Of a stretch of 64,000 nucleotides of DNA, positions 60,493 to 64,000 are shown piece by piece (the stretch's first letter is position 1; each line of letters begins with the position of its first letter). The translations under genes were made by a program, and so were the position numbers. This DNA comes from Octopus sinensis (taxonomy: Eukaryota). The notes below the pieces were generated by a model. The model had not been told where the DNA came from. It was given only the letters and a program-made list of their open reading frames with translations, and did not search any database. The DNA lies in contig NW_021832221.1 in assembly GCF_006345805.1 (NCBI RefSeq), positions 248,797-312,796 on the forward strand. The letters run 5' to 3'.

Positions 60493-61947
60493 ATGGAGAC
60501 AAAAATAACATATTCTAGCGAAAAGGAGAATCATCTAGAAAACGGTTCAGTAAATTATAAAATTTGATGCCATAATAATCAAACTAATTCAGATTTAATA
60601 GATATCGGCAAGAACACGTATGAGCCCCTCCTAAACTGTCAGTAGTAATTCGACGAGTGATCCTGTAACAGCATACCAACTCATCGAGAATGCTCCAATC
60701 GACTACGAGGAACGGGAGGACGTGATAGAGGACAATCCCACTAATGACATCCAAGTATGAATAATGACACATTGTAGGCGGACCCCTCACTCGACGACAC
60801 TGCCTTCAATTCGGTAAATGTTTATATTACTTATACTTATAGAAGACTGAGGAGGATCAAGTTGGTGTACTGTTTAATGACTTGCAGGAGGGACGTGGTG
60901 ATACGCGAGTCATCAGAGTATTTGTCACTTTAATATACTAGTATAAGAAGGATGGGAGAGGACAGAAGGATGGTTATTTCTTATTCTCATGTCAAGACTC
61001 GAGACATCATCGGTCGAGAAGGAACCAGGATTCCACTCACAACGAAGAAAGTGTATCCTGTCTTCTCCATATCCGCAATTTGACTCGCCCATACTTACTG
61101 GACGACCTACTCGACCTCCTCTCTTCTTCTGGAGAGTTTCTAAGAGAGAGCATTTGGCAGGACAAGATCAAGTTCAGATGTTTTGTGCAGGTTTGTTGAT
61201 GGGGGTATTGTTAAGTACGTGAATGAAGAGGTGGCCCGCTCGGCGAGGAATGCACTGAATGGAATGCGGTGGCCTCCTTCCAATCCACGACAACTCCGCG
61301 TGGAATATTCCGATGAGAACGAATTGGCGGCGATGAAGGCCCGAGATGTGCGGATATCTGAGCAATCGGCTGGAATGCCCAGCAGTGCGGATGTCACATT
61401 CAGCAGGAGGCCGAATGAACGGTTCAAAGTGACACGGAAATACAATGTCCGCGAGTGGGATGCTCAGAAAACAGATTATTCCGGTCCTCAGCCCAAACTG
61501 AGGAAGGAGGATGAGAATGGGAATATTCCACCCCCGTCAGACCGACCGCATAGATATGGCAATACTGTGTTGTGCTATTTGTAGAGGGTGCTGAGAGTGA
61601 GAAAAAGGACGAGAAGGAGGCCGAGAAGTTGTTGGAGACGTTGTTCAGGAAGACGACATCGAAGCCCTCGATATATTGGTGTCCGGTTAATTAGGATGAT
61701 TAATTGGGTAGGCACAAGTAGACGAGTCGAAATGTGATGATATAAATGAAGTATATTTCTTTACTAATGTGTAGGACAAGCCTGCTGAAGTGGTGAAGGT
61801 CCACTGTTATGTTAATTAAGTAGGATTCTCGTCCGAAAGGGAATTCCCCCCGCAAATATTACTCGGTTGACAATGTGGAGTGATTTGTAGAGAAGTAGTC
61901 CTGAGAGGACACGAAGAAGTAGGAGTCCTCGAAGACACAGGAATTGA
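60493..61947 (+). CDS. ACIN1: Acinus (RRM + RSB motif + RS tail), short form
   Basis: LLHIRNLTRPY...WQDKIKFRCFVQYVNEEVARSARNALNGMRWPPSNPRQLRVEY...VREWD...KLLETLFRKTTSKPSIYWCP...RSRSPRRHRN*. Confidence 0.92.
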
Positions 61948-62049
61948 TTGTGTTCTTTTCCTCTTTTTTGGCTAATATTTTTTCGATTCAATTGTTTCTG
62001 TATTAGTTTATTAATCTATTCAACAACACAAGAAACGCGTGTGAGGTTA

Positions 62050-63350
62050 ATAAGACCAGAGAAGAAATAATTAAAATGATTTGTCAAGCTGAGGCAAGTG
62101 TACAATTTTCTTTGGTTCTCGACAGTCTCTCAGGTTGTTAGTTTTTGTGAAAATTTTTTACCAATTTTAGCAAAAGGTGGATTGCAGACTATTTTGAAGG
62201 CGGGTACGACAAGCTCAAAAGCGTCCGAAATGCACTCATATTTCGTCCTTCCTTCCAGTTTCAACACTGGCGGAACCCGTGGTGCTGACGGTAGTTGATA
62301 GCGTCGTCGTAAAAAATTTGTTAACACAGGTGGCATCCTAAACTTGCCTTCCCTAAAAGGAAAGGTAGTCATTCCGTCAGGACGCTTTCCTTCACTCCGA
62401 CAACGACCGACTGGTTTTGTGTAGAAGGGAAGCCTAGAGCTCTTTTGACGAAGTAGTTAGCTTAAATGTGGCGAGGAATTCCACCAGTACTCCTCTTGCA
62501 CGACAAGGTTTGCGAGTCGTTCGGGGAAATTGTGTACCCCCACCTGCAAGTGTGGGATGTCCAAGCCCAAGTGTAAACAGATACCAATCCGTAAGGATTC
62601 ATCGTTTAGTAGTAATCCTCTGCTGGTGACTGGAGTGCTTTGAGCGACTCTCCCATATGCGATTGACAACCGCTGTTTAGTGAGGCCAGTTGAAGTTGGT
62701 CAAACTGAGGGAAGTATAACTAAGCAAATGATGTAAGTAAAATGTTAGATGTAAACCAAGCCAGCGGATCCGATCAGCAAGCAGTCTAATTTCGTAGCAT
62801 TCAGACTACTACTATACAATGGTTGGAAATTGGCATGCTAAAGATGTCAAGATAGCTGATAGGTGTAAGCCTCAACATATCGATCAGACTGCAAAGAGAG
62901 AGGGATGTGTGGGAGAGCCTGGCAAGGGGAAGCGAATATATTTACAAGTTCAGATTTGCCGACGTTTAAAGATAGTCAGATCTTGGAGAAATCAGAAGTT
63001 ATTCTGTTAAAGCCCTCTATAACGACCTCTGTTAGTCCTCTAATCGCTACGTCATCCACGTACAAAAAATTAACACTTTACGAAAGGTTTCGTACAATAT
63101 GGTTAATGAAGAGGACAAACAGCAATGAGGCCAGTCGGTCACCCTGCTTAATCCCACATTCAAACAGGATATTAAATATGTTGGACATCACTTGCAGTTT
63201 TCGGGTTTTGTAAAGACAAGTTGGCTAATGCTGTGGAAGGAATTGGATATTTGGCAAGAAAAACAGTCATGGGAGTAAAAGCGGTAAAAAACTTATTAAG
63301 ATAAAAGAAAAGTGTAGAGAAAGATGGAAAAACGGAAAAAGAGGTGGAAT
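62050..63350 (-). mobile_element. Decayed second CRE-like RLE non-LTR element (RT + endonuclease fragments)
   Basis: ECGIKQGDRLASLLF (about 63125-63160), LYVDDVAIRG (about 63040-63065), LLNDESLRIGICLHLG, RSEGKRPDGMTTFPFREGK (PDG about 62370-62384), DATCV, KYECISDAF; multiple stops and frameshifts. Confidence 0.8.
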
Positions 63351-63396
63351 GATGAAACAAAGATGTAAAGATTATAATGCTTATCTTGACGTCAGA

Positions 63397-64000
63397 CTAA
63401 ACGCATAACCTTAAAGACGCTCGAGTCGTTTGCCTACATTGGCTAATAGAATGAGTCTTGACTTTCTTTGATTTCTTTAGATTAGCATAAATGAAGATGG
63501 ATACCTTCTCATTGTCCCTCGAAATTTTTAATACGTAAAGACGAAGTAGCCATTGATATTCTCTTTGAGTTTTTTTATTTCCTCCATTTTCTGTAAAAAA
63601 TGTAATGTTCAGTAATATTAAAAATTTGATTTTTTCGATTAGATTTCAAGTTTCCAACATTTTTGGTAAAAAGCAAAAAATTAACATGTAATTGCCGGCA
63701 TTAATGACTTTGCCGGTAACATATACACTCTTATCGAAGATTTAACAATCTTTTTTTGAAAAGCATTCATGAATCACGTGTGTGGAAACTAAATCTTATC
63801 GATTACAACCAGAATAATGTCGTCGCCTATTCGTTCACCGTCCTCCATGTGATTTCCTGCAGTAGAGACATTCAAAACAAAAAAATTGTTCTTCGTAATG
63901 GCAGGAGTATTCACAGAAGGAAAGGACAGACTTTTAAGAAGCTTTGATTCATTTAAATAACATCTTTTTTGAGTAAATTCCATTACAGGAAAAACAACCT
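63397..64000 (-). CDS. Probable 3' exons of an unidentified gene extending beyond the window
   Basis: Acceptor tttttacag, then KMEEIKKTQREYQWLLRLYVLKISRDNEK, a 30-nt GT-AG intron, then KSKKV...LCV*. No family recognised. Confidence 0.3.

Noticed and set aside
1-64000. tRNA, rRNA, CRISPR arrays, telomeric repeats, alternative genetic code
   Set aside because: No cloverleaf, rRNA motif, repeat-spacer array or telomere run seen by eye; long standard-code ORFs argue against stop reassignment.

Overview
Gene-dense, AT-rich eukaryotic (metazoan) nuclear DNA in the standard code. Genes are split by very many tiny spliceosomal introns (mostly about 21-30 nt), which is why the ORF track is fragmented. 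Micro-introns plus tektin, TRPA1, MYPT and Acinus genes suggest a dicyemid-like mesozoan (inference, not proven). Recognised by recall of family motifs, without a database search: RRP12 (partial), two tandem RPAP2/Rtr1 copies with a truncated and a full delta-COP, CerS1-like, SHQ1, PPP1R12/MYPT-like, ATP synthase delta, a divergent tektin, sacsin (10.2-kb exon), a calmodulin-like EF-hand protein, a miniature TPX2, CCDC162/DUF4549-like, TRPA1, UBE2M/Ubc12, an orphan Ig-like membrane protein, ATG13 and ACIN1. Mobile DNA: two CRE-type RLE non-LTR elements, a decayed APE-type LINE and a pogo/Tigger-like non-autonomous element. The most unusual signal is compositional. In the GC-richer housekeeping genes the strand skew flips inside each gene (A/C-rich 5' part, G/T-rich 3' part, introns included) and resets across spacers of only about 85-130 bp. 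The AT-rich genes show no such flip by eye. All exon models and base counts are manual.
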